Positions 36,701-48,188 of a stretch of 64,000 nt of DNA are shown here, one piece after another. The DNA comes from Massalongia carnosa (taxonomy: Eukaryota): NCBI GenBank assembly GCA_965645245.1, contig OZ287070.1, forward strand, positions 1,116,001-1,180,000, read 5' to 3'. The position numbers and the translations under genes were made by a program. Position 1 is the first letter of the stretch. Every line of letters starts with the position of its first letter. Below the pieces are notes generated by a model, which made no database searches, had not been told where the DNA came from, and worked only from the letters and a program-made list of their open reading frames with translations.

Positions 36701-38382
36701 ATGGACAGGGTTCTAACCTCCAACGGAAGCTTTTCTAACAGCTGCCGCTTCACAGCGTAACTTGATCGACGGCTAGATTTTGCAGTCAAATAAGACGGAC
36801 TTTGCGGAAGAGGTATGGTCGGTCGTGGAGCGAGGAAAGTTCTGATCCAGTGCTTTTTGGGTTTAGTCTCTGTGGCTTCCATGGTTTGCGAGTTATTTAT
36901 TAAACGTGCTAGGTCGGAATCATCACTGGACCTTTGGCTCTCCTTTGTATATGAAAAAGGAGGTACTAGATGTGCTTCCTGCACGGAACTCTCGCTTTTG
37001 TGGTGAGTAGGAGACCGCGAGAAAGGCAGCTGCAGACTAATCGCTGACAGTCCTGACACAGCGCTGCTGAAAGACGAGAGTCTTCGACCCAACGTTGACG
37101 AAGCCTCTACATCTGGAGCAGAGATACCCTCAATGCTGGTAACCGCTTTCTGGCTATTGGTGAGGACTGTTGGCGTATCAAGCGACGGCGAGGGAGTGAC
37201 AAATGAGCTTTTATCTTGGGTTGGTAAAAACACTGCAGTAAGCTGCCTCGAAGGCCTAAAGTGCGCTGAAACTGGGGATTCTATCTTACTGGCCAGGCTA
37301 GTAGCCGGAGAAGGGGCTGCAGGCTCTGTAGAAGCATTCCCACGGATAGGGGGGAGCTGTGCCAGCGCTTCGGCAAGTGATTGACCAAGCGGATCTTCGG
37401 TAGCGCTATGATGGCTCATACTATCGCCGAATTTGGTATTCCTTCCATCATGGGTATCCGAAGGCCCTCCGTATCTCCCTTTGGCTATGCCACTGGAGTT
37501 TTCAAGCGTGGAGGGTGATGTCCCGAGACCTTCTGAAGACCGATGCGCTTTGCCCATTTCATTCGTGACCACCGGCTCCGCTGCTTCACTCGTGTTGGAC
37601 TGACCAATGAATAAGCGCGATGGTGGGCGATAGGATCTTGTCGTAGAAGTAACCGATCCCAGGGTTGATATCGAAGGCGCTCTCCGTATTGGTGAGCTAG
37701 AGCCCTGGATGCCGTCCAAAGCATCGTGGCCTTTCACGTTCGTCAAGGCCTCTACAGCGCGTGAATGCATCTCCAAGTTTGGCTCGAGCGCTGTATTTTC
37801 CGCTATTGACCTAGCATAGGACGGTGACTGAACCCCCTGAGGGGTACTTGCTCCCGACTCTGTCACGAAGCTTCCCGGTACGTGCTGCAATTTTGATTCT
37901 AGGGGTTCTTTTGCAGAACGAGAATTGTGGGGGGGAACTGTTCGAAGGCTGTATAGCGGCACGCGTGATCTGGTAGACTTCATCGAAGAGATTGAGATCC
38001 CTTGGTTCGGAGCGTTAGCTGTTGATAACAAGCCGTCCGAGACTTCATGCTGGCTAGCAGGCCCATCATATCGGGAGGCTATCCCAGCCGACTCGTACGA
38101 ATCCAAGAGGGTTAGTTTCGCGACAGTCCGAGCCACGCTGAGGCTCTTGGACTGAGGACTGATGGAGGAGGAGTAGGCGGAACGGTTCTCGTCAGAATCA
38201 TAAGCAGCATAGGAATAGTCAGGAGAAGGACATGGGGCTCTTGGAGGATGACGTCCATTACGCGCAATGATCAACGAACGAACGCGATTTGAAAGGTCTT
38301 CGTCTACCCTTGAAGAAAAGGGATAATCAGGCTGGCGTTCAGATTGTAGCGGTGGTCCCATACGGCGGGCAACTTCAGCCAT
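33745..38382 (-). CDS. MFS transporter (DHA1/polyamine-transporter-like) with a very long low-complexity N-terminus; intron 34576-34626
   Basis: TM region starts at 'RDWNTSRKRYVASVAC'; 'PLLHGRKP' and 'VPETRRS' motifs; multiple hydrophobic helices; a GTAAGC..CTGAC..CAG intron joins the 1262- and 272-aa ORFs. Confidence 0.85.
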
Positions 38383-38957
38383 CAGCAAAGATGGTAGTGT
38401 AGGTAGTGTAGGTAAAGGGCTATTACAATGTGATTAAGGAGAAATTGGAAAACGAGCGTAACGGTTGATAGGGTTCATGAGGGAAGAATCGAAGGAGTGA
38501 GAAAGGTAGGATCGAGCAAAAGAGAGAAAAGAGAAAAAAGAGAGGCTCTCGGGTGAAGAGGCATGGCGGAGAACAACAGTCTGCTTGGGGAAGGCGTGGA
38601 TGGCTACTTGTTGCTGCATATCAACTCGAAGTTCGCAGCGCTGTCCACATACGGCAATCACACATTGCGTCCATAACCAACCCGTACCTGTCCCGTATGC
38701 ATCTCTCAGTATCAATGAGAGCCGTTCATGCAAGGTAGTAGATATAGTCAGAGCCTAGAGAACAAAAATCTGATCTCTGCGCAACGTTGTGAACGTGTCG
38801 ACGGAAATGGTACAAAAGTAGCCGGTAGTTGGTTAATGGAAAAGGGCGGGATGACGCAAGAAGGGTGGATATCCGCTCCGATCTTCCTGTAATCCCTCAA
38901 TTAACGTTAAACTACCACCTATCTCACACCCAAACTCCCTTCAGCCGTTTAACTACA

Positions 38958-39924
38958 ATGGCCAATCTCCTAAAGCAGCCCTTAAAACTAGCCCTCATCC
39001 AATTAGCGACAGGTACTTCTCCCCAACCCCCGCCCCGCCCCACTAACAATCACCCTCATCCATTCCTCACCCCCCCCCCCAACAGGCGCCGACAAAATCG
39101 CCAATCTCGCCCGTGCGCGCGCCCACGTGCTCGAAGCCTCCCGCGCAGGCGCCTCTCTGATCGTTCTGCCCGAATGCTTCAACTCCCCCTACGGCACAGC
39201 GTACTTCCCACACTATGCCGAAACGCTCCTCCCCTCGCCCCCCACCCCCGCGCAATCGCCAACCTACCATGCGCTCGCCGCGCTTGCAGCCGAAGCAAAC
39301 GTCTACCTCCTCGGCGGCAGCATTCCTGAATACGCGCCGACGACGAACCAGCATCACAACACCAGCCTGCTCTTTTCCCCGGGGGGGGACCTACTCGCCA
39401 CCCACCGCAAGGTGCACCTCTTCGACATCGACATCCCTGGCAAAATCACCTTTCGCGAGTCCGACGCGCTGAGCCCTGGTAACAAGGTCACGATGGTGGA
39501 CCTCCCGCCCTACGGGAAGGTGGCCGTGGCGATTTGCTACGACATTCGCTTTCCTGAGCTGGCGGCGGTGGCGGCGCGTAAGGGCTGCTTTCTGCTGCTG
39601 TACCCCGGCGCGTTCAACCTAACGACGGGGGCGCTGCATTGGAGCCTGCAGGCGCGGGCGCGGGCCATGGACAACCAGGTCTATGTCGGCTTGTGCAGTC
39701 CTGCGCGTGACATGGAGGCGTCATATCATGCATGGGGCCATAGCATGGTCGTGGATCCGAACGCGGAAGTCATGGTGGAGGCGGGCGAGAGGGAGGAGAT
39801 TGTGTATGCGGAGTTGCGAGGGGAGCGCATCGAGGAGGTGAGGAAGGGGATTCCGCTTGATGGGCAGCGGCGGTTTGACGTTTATCCGGATGTGAGTGCT
39901 GGGCAGGTCAGGTATGAGGAATGA
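38958..39924 (+). CDS. NIT3: Nitrilase-superfamily omega-amidase (yeast Nit3 / human NIT2 type); intron 39013-39085
   Basis: Catalytic triad motifs LPECFNSPYG, HRKVHLFDIDIPG and ICYDIRFPE; 'YPGAFNLTTG', 'ARAMDNQ', 'QRRFDVY'. Confidence 0.92.
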
Positions 39925-40813
39925 TTTTGAGTAATCTTTTTGGACTGAATAAGATAGATGATTGAACGGTTTCTTGTCTAGTTAGAAAGGCACCTCCCAC
40001 AACTGGTCAATCTAGAGAAGTTCCACCTAATCTGCTGACGGGCCTGCAAGCGTTCTCCGCACCCTCCATCCCTTTCCTACCCCCCAAATCAACCTCTCCT
40101 TTATCAATCGACCCATAGACAGAACTTCTCAGCACCTCCGCCTCAACCCCTCTCTAGTCCTTCCGAGAGACATACGTCTCACGCCCTTTCCCGTGCTATC
40201 TTCACTAACCTATTCCTTAAAAGTCTCTCGAGCAGTAGCACCTTTCCGCTTTCTTTCTTTCCCTTCTCTACTCTTTAGGAACATTTCCTCTCCAACCAAG
40301 GTGCTAAGCAACCATGCAAAGCATGGCAGGTGAGGAGAACGAAGTATCAATCCCTCGTTTTCTTACATTTATGCTGCTTTCGAAGTTTGGCGAACCCCCT
40401 TGGTGCGACACATCCCATTTCAGGATTGATACCATTGAGAAATAACCGCTCAAAATTTCCAGCCTAAATTGAGGAGATCGGTATACTTCGCTAATTGGAG
40501 GAAGGGTAAAGAATACGAAAGTTGCAAGCAACCAGACCAAACACTCCTAATTCATGTACAAGAAAATCAGCAACGGTGTTCATTTTGTATCCCTTCCCCC
40601 AACCCCGATAGCGCCCCCATCTAAGGAAGAAGAAAAACCATGCTGGACCATTAAGTATTGGTAGTAACATCATGCCCAGGAGAACTGACAGGAAGCCCCA
40701 GTAGGTACAGCCATGGACTTGTCGAATCTCAACATTACACATCTTTAGCCTCGCTAAATTTGTTATCACATCTCAACAGATGATAACCGTGGGGCATTAG
40801 ATGCTCAAGCCCC

Positions 40814-43800
40814 TCAATTATTCTTTTCTGCCTCAAGAATCCTCGCCAACTCCGACGCATCCTCGTCTTTGCCGGTCTGAATCATCCACGTCGAAAGCTT
40901 GCCTGCATCCGTCGCCACAGCCATCTTGACTTTCTTCGTGAGAACGTACTCATAATTTATGGTACCAAGCAAAGCAGCATTGAGCACAATCTTGCCACTT
41001 GGATCTTGTCGCATTAGAAGCCTGGATTTGGCGGTTTCACGATGCTTCAGCACCCGAAGCATACCAACACCCTTACTTGCCCAAGATTTATTGGCTATAT
41101 CAAAGCTTATTGCTTTCGCTTTGACGGTGAAGACAACCTCTTCGTCTTCTTCGCCGGGGCCAACTGCCGCAAGATCAAGCTGCGCGTGTTTTTCTGCACC
41201 ATCCTCCACGCCATCGGCATTAGATTCGTTCTGACTTTCGCCTCCAGTTGTGACGCCCGGTGATGTGGCACGAGATGTTGCGTTGGAAGCTAGATTAGAC
41301 GGAGGAGCCAGGGAGCTAGTTGCTAATTTTGGGGGACCACCGAAGTCAAATCCAAAACCAACGATTGGAGCTTTTGCAGCAGTTGTGCCGAAGAGGCCTT
41401 GCGTAGGATTCGTAGGTGCTAGAGTCGGTGCATTGGTTTGAGAAGCCCCAAAAAGCCCTCCTAGGGAAGGTTTAGACGGACTTGGTGAAGTGATCTTCAT
41501 TCCTGGGGGGCTGACCGCGCCGCCAAACTTAATCGGCGAATTTACTTTCCAAGTGTTATCACCGGTTGGACTGTTGGTTAGGCCCAAGGTGTTCGTGGAT
41601 GGTGTGATTGAAGGTTCGTCAGAGGTGCTGGTGTTAGGAGTAGACGGTGGCTGAGCATTGGAACGGTCGCCGAAAGGAGGCACCTGACCGAAGCCGGATG
41701 CCGATGAAGGTAGTTTGCCAAAAATACTACTCCTACTGGTATGGCTGGGTTGTCCAAACAGGTTTGTGCTTTTGGACGACGTCGGCTTGAAAGTATTTTC
41801 AGTAATCTTCTCCACAGCTAGTGGGATTTCCCGTAGAGCATTTCCGTCTGCGTCTTTTGATATGCGATCAAAGAGACCTCCAGTTGGTTGCACCTGGACG
41901 TTTGTTTCTAGGGACGGCTTTATTACCTGTTTAGAGGGAAATCCGAATGGATCGTTGTCCACTTGGCTTTGGAGATGGGGGCTCATTACGCTCGTTGAAG
42001 CATGATTTGCAGCTTGCTTAATATCGGCTCGGCCATCGTCTTCCTCAGATCCAGTATCTTCATCATCGGCATCGCCGGTTTTACTTCCCTCTGCCCCGGA
42101 TTCGGCGTCAGAGAGATGAGCGAAGATGTTATGGCCATTGGCCAGATTCTGTGGCGGCTTCGCGAGAACCGAGGTATCGAAACCTGTAGGTTTTAAGGAT
42201 ACTAAGGGCTGTGATGCTGGCTCGGCTGGCTCAACGCTGTTTAACTCTTCTTTCGTGACCTTGTCGCCTGAAAGAATGAAACCTTGGCCTGGTATGAATT
42301 TTGCTGTTTTACCCTTGACGGCTTCGTCAATTTTCTGTTTCTTAGCCTTCTGTTCTTCGGCATACTTTTGTTCCCACGCTGCCTCGTCTTCTTCATCGGA
42401 ATCATAATCCTCAGCTTTACGACTGGCCTTCTCCTTCTTGGCAGTATCTTCTGCAGCTTTGCTAAATTGGGATAAGAAATTAACTGGTGGGCCAAATTTT
42501 GGTGGGGCCAGAGATGAAGGATTGACAGCAATAGGCACAGTATTACTGCTTGGGCTTGACGTTGAGGAAAATATAGTTGATGTTGTAGTAGCCGAGGGGG
42601 AAGGTTGTGAAGAAGTAAAAACCGAGCTCAAGCCAGTATTTAATTGGAAGAGAGGAGCAGAATTCCCGCCAGAGAAAGTAGGTAGACTCTGAGATAGGCT
42701 TGTCGGATTTTCCATGAGCGGCTGGTGTTCGGTTTTATTTGGGGAAGTTGATGCCTTTGCGGTACCCCATCCAACCGGTGGAAATTGAGCAAATGGATTC
42801 GCACTCTGTGTGCCACGCTCTGTAGTGCTTGGTAAAGATTCGGATTCTTTGTTATTTAAAATATTCTTGAAGATGTTCGAAGTTTGCGAGCTAGACGGCG
42901 GTGACAATGACGGATATGACACAGAATCTTCCCCACGGGCTCTCTTAGCATTTTTAGCTGACCCTTCAGCCTCATTTCTTATAAAATCTTCCTCTGCCTT
43001 TCGCTTTGCATTAACAGCCTGCTGTACCAGGGCAGACTTTGCAAGTAGTGAATCTTCCGAGGGGATCGTTGTAACCAGATCTTCATTATCAAGGTTTTGC
43101 TGTGGGGGCGCAAGTTTTGATGACGAGGTATCCAATCTTGTCCTTTTAGCATGCAGTTTATCGTCATGTATATCATCGTTGGCTTTCCTCTTGCTACCAG
43201 GCAGATTTTCAAGCGAAGCACCTTTTCCATTAAGGATTTCTTCCTTCATTTGCACATAGAAACTAGTAATGACGTCCGACTCATCGTAGAAGGATGGGGT
43301 TGTTACAATGTACCGCTGCAATCCAACTTCTAGGCATTTCAGCTGAAAACCAATGACTAGCTGGTGTCGTTGGTCTTCGGTGAAATCTGCAGGCGCCAGT
43401 GGAGGTGTGCACCACGAATAGTCGCCAGCCGCTAAAAATTGTGAAATAGGTTCAGATTGGGGCTTAGATAATGCTGTAGAAGAGCTACTGTTGCCGTTCA
43501 TCCGTACACTTGCAGCATCGTCACTTTGAGGTGTATTTGTGAAGATGGCTGAAGGAACCGATGGTATCGTATCCTGTGGCTTGATAAAAGTAGCAGGCAG
43601 TTTTATGCTATTGAAGAGACTGCTAGTAGCCGGCTCATCCTCATCTGAAGGAGATTTCCCAAAGCTTGGTTTGGCCATCCTTTTACTGGTTCTTGTTGGC
43701 GAACTCTGGGGGACTTTGGCCTCTTGCGTAGGTTGAGCTTGTGGGAGTCCAAAGAAAGGCGTGTGAGGCCGGCCAGGAGGGACAGAATCGTTCATAGAAC

Positions 43801-44947
43801 GACTCTGATTATTCTCTTGGTGAGCGTTTGGTCCGAGACTTGATGATGCAGTTAGAGGAATTTCAGACTGTGAAACCCTACTAGACAAACTACTCGCATC
43901 ATCTTGCCCGTTAGGCATGTTGTTTGTAGGGGTCTGATTTGAAGAATTTAAAAAGGCGAAGGGACCTGGATTCGCACGTTCTTTGGATTGCGGTGAATTG
44001 TCGGGGGAAGTAGACATGCAATCTTCATTCTGAATAACGAACGGATTCAATTGCTGGGACTGTGCAGATGACGTTGAATTCAGACCCAATATATTAGTAG
44101 TTGCAAGAGTTTGCTGAGTGCTTGGCTGGCTCAAAATATTAGGCGTGGATTGTTGGGACTGCGGCTGAGCTGGGGGGGGTGGCTCCTGGCCAAAAAGCCC
44201 AGCAATTTGCTTTGATTGTCCAAAAATATTGGAGGTTGTTTGTATGGGTTTTTGGATATCTGCGGAGGTAGAGTTCTGGCCGAAAACGTTGTTTATGCTA
44301 GAGCAAAATGCATTATTGTCCGGCTGGGACGTTGTCTTTTTCAAGCTATCGGTGCTGCCAAAGTTGAATGCCGCTTGATCCCCAGCCTTAGCTGCAAGCT
44401 GGTCGCCATTTGAATTCGACATGGAGGTTCCGAATGGAGTTGTTGGAGGTATATTGAAAATACTACCTTGAAATCCACTTGTAACCCCAATATTACTAAA
44501 ATTGGCTCTGTTAGAGCTGCTGTTGGTAGGAGAGAAGGGGTTGTTGATTGTGCTACTTTGCCCCGCATTGAAATCGAACGCTGAGCTAGATGGTGCAAAC
44601 TGAGGGCTGAAGGTGTTTTGTCCGGCATTCCCGAAAGGAGGGAAGGAGGCAGTTTGTGAGGTAGGGAATAAATTATTTGACTGTGGCTGGCTAAAGCTTT
44701 GTGAAAGTCCCTTCGATTTTTGCCCAAACAGAAATCCACTATGCGATTCTTGTGCGCCATTGGGGGCACTCGAGTCCGTAGCGGCGAAATTTGGAGAGAC
44801 TGAGCTTTGTGGAGATTCAGAGGGTACATTCATTGACGCAGAGGGGTGTGGTTGCGCCGCAACCCGACGGGCCCCTCGGGGTCGAGCAAGCCTAGCCATA
44901 GTGTTATTAAAGTCTGAGAACCTTGCAAATCGATGATTGTAGCTCAT
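40814..44947 (-). CDS. NUP2: FG nucleoporin with a C-terminal Ran-binding domain (Nup2/Nup50 family)
   Basis: Many F/FG motifs in S/T/Q/P-rich sequence, KRKA..AKR basic clusters, C-terminal RanBD 'GPGEEDEEVVFTVKAKA..WASKGVGMLRVLKH..RLLMR..GKIVLN'. Confidence 0.85.
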   Translation of the reverse strand: MSYNHRFARFSDFNNTMARLARPRGARRVAAQPHPSASMNVPSESPQSSVSPNFAATDSSAPNGAQESHSGFLFGQKSKGLSQSFSQPQSNNLFPTSQTASFPPFGNAGQNTFSPQFAPSSSAFDFNAGQSSTINNPFSPTNSSSNRANFSNIGVTSGFQGSIFNIPPTTPFGTSMSNSNGDQLAAKAGDQAAFNFGSTDSLKKTTSQPDNNAFCSSINNVFGQNSTSADIQKPIQTTSNIFGQSKQIAGLFGQEPPPPAQPQSQQSTPNILSQPSTQQTLATTNILGLNSTSSAQSQQLNPFVIQNEDCMSTSPDNSPQSKERANPGPFAFLNSSNQTPTNNMPNGQDDASSLSSRVSQSEIPLTASSSLGPNAHQENNQSRSMNDSVPPGRPHTPFFGLPQAQPTQEAKVPQSSPTRTSKRMAKPSFGKSPSDEDEPATSSLFNSIKLPATFIKPQDTIPSVPSAIFTNTPQSDDAASVRMNGNSSSSTALSKPQSEPISQFLAAGDYSWCTPPLAPADFTEDQRHQLVIGFQLKCLEVGLQRYIVTTPSFYDESDVITSFYVQMKEEILNGKGASLENLPGSKRKANDDIHDDKLHAKRTRLDTSSSKLAPPQQNLDNEDLVTTIPSEDSLLAKSALVQQAVNAKRKAEEDFIRNEAEGSAKNAKRARGEDSVSYPSLSPPSSSQTSNIFKNILNNKESESLPSTTERGTQSANPFAQFPPVGWGTAKASTSPNKTEHQPLMENPTSLSQSLPTFSGGNSAPLFQLNTGLSSVFTSSQPSPSATTTSTIFSSTSSPSSNTVPIAVNPSSLAPPKFGPPVNFLSQFSKAAEDTAKKEKASRKAEDYDSDEEDEAAWEQKYAEEQKAKKQKIDEAVKGKTAKFIPGQGFILSGDKVTKEELNSVEPAEPASQPLVSLKPTGFDTSVLAKPPQNLANGHNIFAHLSDAESGAEGSKTGDADDEDTGSEEDDGRADIKQAANHASTSVMSPHLQSQVDNDPFGFPSKQVIKPSLETNVQVQPTGGLFDRISKDADGNALREIPLAVEKITENTFKPTSSKSTNLFGQPSHTSRSSIFGKLPSSASGFGQVPPFGDRSNAQPPSTPNTSTSDEPSITPSTNTLGLTNSPTGDNTWKVNSPIKFGGAVSPPGMKITSPSPSKPSLGGLFGASQTNAPTLAPTNPTQGLFGTTAAKAPIVGFGFDFGGPPKLATSSLAPPSNLASNATSRATSPGVTTGGESQNESNADGVEDGAEKHAQLDLAAVGPGEEDEEVVFTVKAKAISFDIANKSWASKGVGMLRVLKHRETAKSRLLMRQDPSGKIVLNAALLGTINYEYVLTKKVKMAVATDAGKLSTWMIQTGKDEDASELARILEAEKNN

Positions 44948-45869
44948 CCAAGCAATGTTTCCAATGGCTTAGGAAAGATGTGTGAATGTGTAGATGTGGA
45001 TGATACACGGAGGAGACATGGAGGAAATGTGGAGTCGAGGCAGACGAGAAAATCTTGAGGATCTTAATCTAACCAATACTCTGTTGTAGTAACGGAGTTG
45101 TTGCATGGAGTGATGTGATCAATAACATCGCATGTCCTCTCGAGCACTGCGCCATCCAAAAACATCAAAAAAACGACTTACCTCCTGTTTGCCATCTGAG
45201 CGGCCGTAGCTTTGTTATTACCCTCCATTTGTGGCCCTGTACTGATGAACTCTTCAGTGTAATCCATCCGCTGTGACTCGGCACATCGTTTGGACATCGT
45301 CTCTTATCGCATATATCGGCGTTGAGCAAGATAGCCAAACACGAACGGCCTGGCAACCTCAGTACAAGCTGGAAGGATAGAAGAGCTACCAGGTCCTATA
45401 ATGCGCGAGCGCACTCTATCTCGAAGGTTCCTGAGGATCGCGAAATAATGCGGCAGACGTCACTATTTACAAAGTAGCCATAGATCCATCAACAGTTCCT
45501 TTTGCGCTCCAACCCGGCCAACGATCGTTTTCATCCGTGATGCGACAATAGAGTAGGGAAATGGCGGAAAGCTGAGTATGGATTGGGCGAACTCAAGATG
45601 CTGTTCCTGTCAAAAATGAAAATGTTACTGGAAACGCATCTTCGAAGCGAGACTGCTTAGATATTCATAATCACGTGCAATATGTTTACCCATATCAAAG
45701 AGAACACAAAAGATGTTGCATCAACCACTTTACGAAAGCGGTCATGATACTAAGCCATTACGGAAATTCACTGTTATTACTTTTCCTTCACTAGCTGGTT
45801 GGTATACATTTAGGATAAACCTTTATATGGATCTGAGGTACATGTAAACACCTAGAACCCTCCAGATAT

Positions 45870-46452
45870 TCACAGCTTTGGACTTGTCTGTGCCTTCTTC
45901 AAGATCGGCTCCATCTTTGTAGCCTTCATCACATCACCCTTAACTTTCAGCTTTCCTGACATGAACATCTGCTGTGCCTTTTTCTTTCCGCTCACGAGAT
46001 GTCCGAAGTCTTCATCAGACAACGAAAGAGTAACTAAGAATAATCTTATAATCAGCCAACAATCCCGAAAATCTCGTTGCCTGGATTTAGTTTCCATACG
46101 CTTAGGGAATTCGCTATGACTCGTGCGTTCCACCATTAAATAGGCACAAGGAGAGGGAAAACTAACCACCTGCTTTCTTTCCCAAAGGTGCTTCACCCTT
46201 GGCTACTTCGCCCTTGTCCTTCAAGTCAATATACCAACTTTCTACTTGCCCCTCTTTGTTCTTGAGGATGAATGCAAAAATTGCGTCGCCTTTCTTAACG
46301 GCATCTTTCCGCCCAGCGTCGTCGGATTGCAGGGAGTTGTTGATAGTGTCAAACGCCACGGAAGAGGGAAAGGCGCCTAGAATATCGCAGTCATGAGTCA
46401 GAACTAAGAAGACAAAGGATGAGCGTAGATATGTACTGTGCTTAAGCGCCAT
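45870..46452 (-). CDS. SCP2 sterol/fatty-acid-binding protein with a PTS1-like -PKL; introns 46377-46436 and 46034-46166
   Basis: 'ESWYIDLK', 'AQQMFMSGKLKVKGDVMKATK' SCP2 signature; C-terminal PKL. Confidence 0.9.
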
Positions 46453-46676
46453 AGCGGTGAGATTTGATAGTTGGTATTAAGAGAATCCACGGCTGAAGCG
46501 GCTAGAGACTTAAGGACAAAGCAGGCCAAGAAGATGATGCAAATGGAACAGCCAGTATTAGTATCTTGAAAACAATGAGAGAGCAGAAGAAGAGCCACAT
46601 GGCTCACCAAGGAAGCTTAGACGACAAATATAAGCTGCGTCGCAAGCCAACATGTGATTGACGAAAGCAAGTTTTA

Positions 46677-46682
46677 CCGAGG
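46677..46682. promoter_or_regulatory. Putative FarA/FarB element (CCGAGG) upstream of SCP2
   Basis: Exact motif ~225 bp upstream of the SCP2 ATG. Confidence 0.4.
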
Positions 46683-46829
46683 CACCATCGACCATAAGGC
46701 TTCCTACTTTATGTATTCACTACCTAGGCTACCAAATATTCGGTGTAGGAGCTAATGAGCTACATACTTGGGATCGTGAATCATTCATTAAAACTATATA
46801 CAGTTCGCGGTTTATGAAAATGAGACACC

Positions 46830-48188
46830 TTACAGCCAGCTAAACATGGAAATACGTAGAAACTTTCGCATGTGATCAGGGGTTCCCCAGAAGAGTTCGC
46901 GACTTTTAGCACCAGCTTTCTGCCAACCTCCACCAGAAGGTCTGGAGCTTCTGCGCCGGGAATGATCGTGGAATACCTTTTGAATCTGTCCTACTTCCAG
47001 ACCCATAGGGCTGAGCATGAGCGGAACGTCCATGACTTCCTCCGACCTCTCCTTCCATTTCTCGCTTCCGCTGATGCGGGTCAAAGGCGCCAGTGCATCA
47101 TCCCAAGTTCCATGCCGAAGTCGCGTATCTTCGAAATTGAACTCGTTCAGTGTGTGGCGGTGAGAGGTGATAAAAGTCGAGATTTGAGAAGCGTCGAGAA
47201 CAACGTTTTCGACTTCCATGTCCCGGAGCTTCCCGAACCGCAGTGGGCGAAGAGCGAGATGGCATCTTCTCGGGCATGCTAGAGCAGAAATTTTATTCTG
47301 AAGACAAGATTCGGTGCCCAACGATAATGGGCAGGGTCCTTTGGGACCATGCCAACGGAACTTGAATTCTCGTAGAGACGAAGTAAATAGTTGCAAATAC
47401 GAGTGTAGCATTTTAAGATGATCCGTTGCAGATTTGAGGCCGAAAGGAACGCTATCCATCCGGATGGAGAGCTTCTCGATCTGCCGCCAACGATTTGCGG
47501 AGTTCGGCAACGCACCGAAGCCGAGGATTGGGTTCAGGTACAGGACTGCGCCTGGATGGACAGACATTAGAGACAGAGAATCAAGCGCTGTAAGTCTGCT
47601 GCGTTCGACGGCAATTCGAAGCGAGATCAAGGCATAGTCAACCGCGCTTCGGCGGTATCGTTGCTCAGGCTCTTGGCCAGGACATGATATCTTAAGATGC
47701 TTGAGGCTTGGAATCGCTGAAAAGGCGCGGATGAAGGAAGGTACATTGGCAGCAGCATGAAATAATGGCGAGTATTGCTTGACGAGCAAATCGGTCATCT
47801 CCCAGCTTCCATAAGTAGGCACGCTAAGCCGGGAAGCTGAATCTTTCAATGATTGTACGTAAGGTTCGTAGATGAAGGTTTCCTCCTCGCCAGTGATAGG
47901 GTTCAGAAGAGGGGGTAGGAAGGTCTCAGGACTGTGAGGCATGGTAAAAGTCAAAGATTGAACATGATGACCTATGCGATCCAAAGCGGCCATGCGGGCA
48001 GGCTTGGTGAAAATGCTTGCGCGAAACGTTATTTCGAGATCCTCGAAGAGAAGTGGCGCCGCTCTCACACTGAAGTCGTGGCACGCTAACCGGAACCGAG
48101 CGAGTTCATCTTTTGGGACGTATGAGAGGAATGTGTTGCGGGTCTTCTCCGTCCACCAAAACTGAAGAAATGCTGAACCAGTAGACAT
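46830..48188 (-). CDS. Conserved fungal protein with an F-box-like N-terminus and an LRR-like body
   Basis: Single 452-aa ORF; 'FLSYVPKDELARFRLACHDFSVRAAPLLF' is F-box-like; LxxLxI repeats (LKHLKIS, IEKLSIR, LRDMEVE). Confidence 0.75.
   Translation of the reverse strand: MSTGSAFLQFWWTEKTRNTFLSYVPKDELARFRLACHDFSVRAAPLLFEDLEITFRASIFTKPARMAALDRIGHHVQSLTFTMPHSPETFLPPLLNPITGEEETFIYEPYVQSLKDSASRLSVPTYGSWEMTDLLVKQYSPLFHAAANVPSFIRAFSAIPSLKHLKISCPGQEPEQRYRRSAVDYALISLRIAVERSRLTALDSLSLMSVHPGAVLYLNPILGFGALPNSANRWRQIEKLSIRMDSVPFGLKSATDHLKMLHSYLQLFTSSLREFKFRWHGPKGPCPLSLGTESCLQNKISALACPRRCHLALRPLRFGKLRDMEVENVVLDASQISTFITSHRHTLNEFNFEDTRLRHGTWDDALAPLTRISGSEKWKERSEEVMDVPLMLSPMGLEVGQIQKVFHDHSRRRSSRPSGGGWQKAGAKSRELFWGTPDHMRKFLRISMFSWL

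Noticed and set aside
39930..40810. Short hydrophobic ORFs between the nitrilase and NUP2 genes
   Set aside because: No recognisable motif or consistent splice structure; probably convergent 3' UTR/intergenic DNA.
40959..44936. Numerous antisense or alternative-frame ORFs over NUP2 (likewise over the F-box, MFS and kinase genes)
   Set aside because: Shadow ORFs of real coding sequence.
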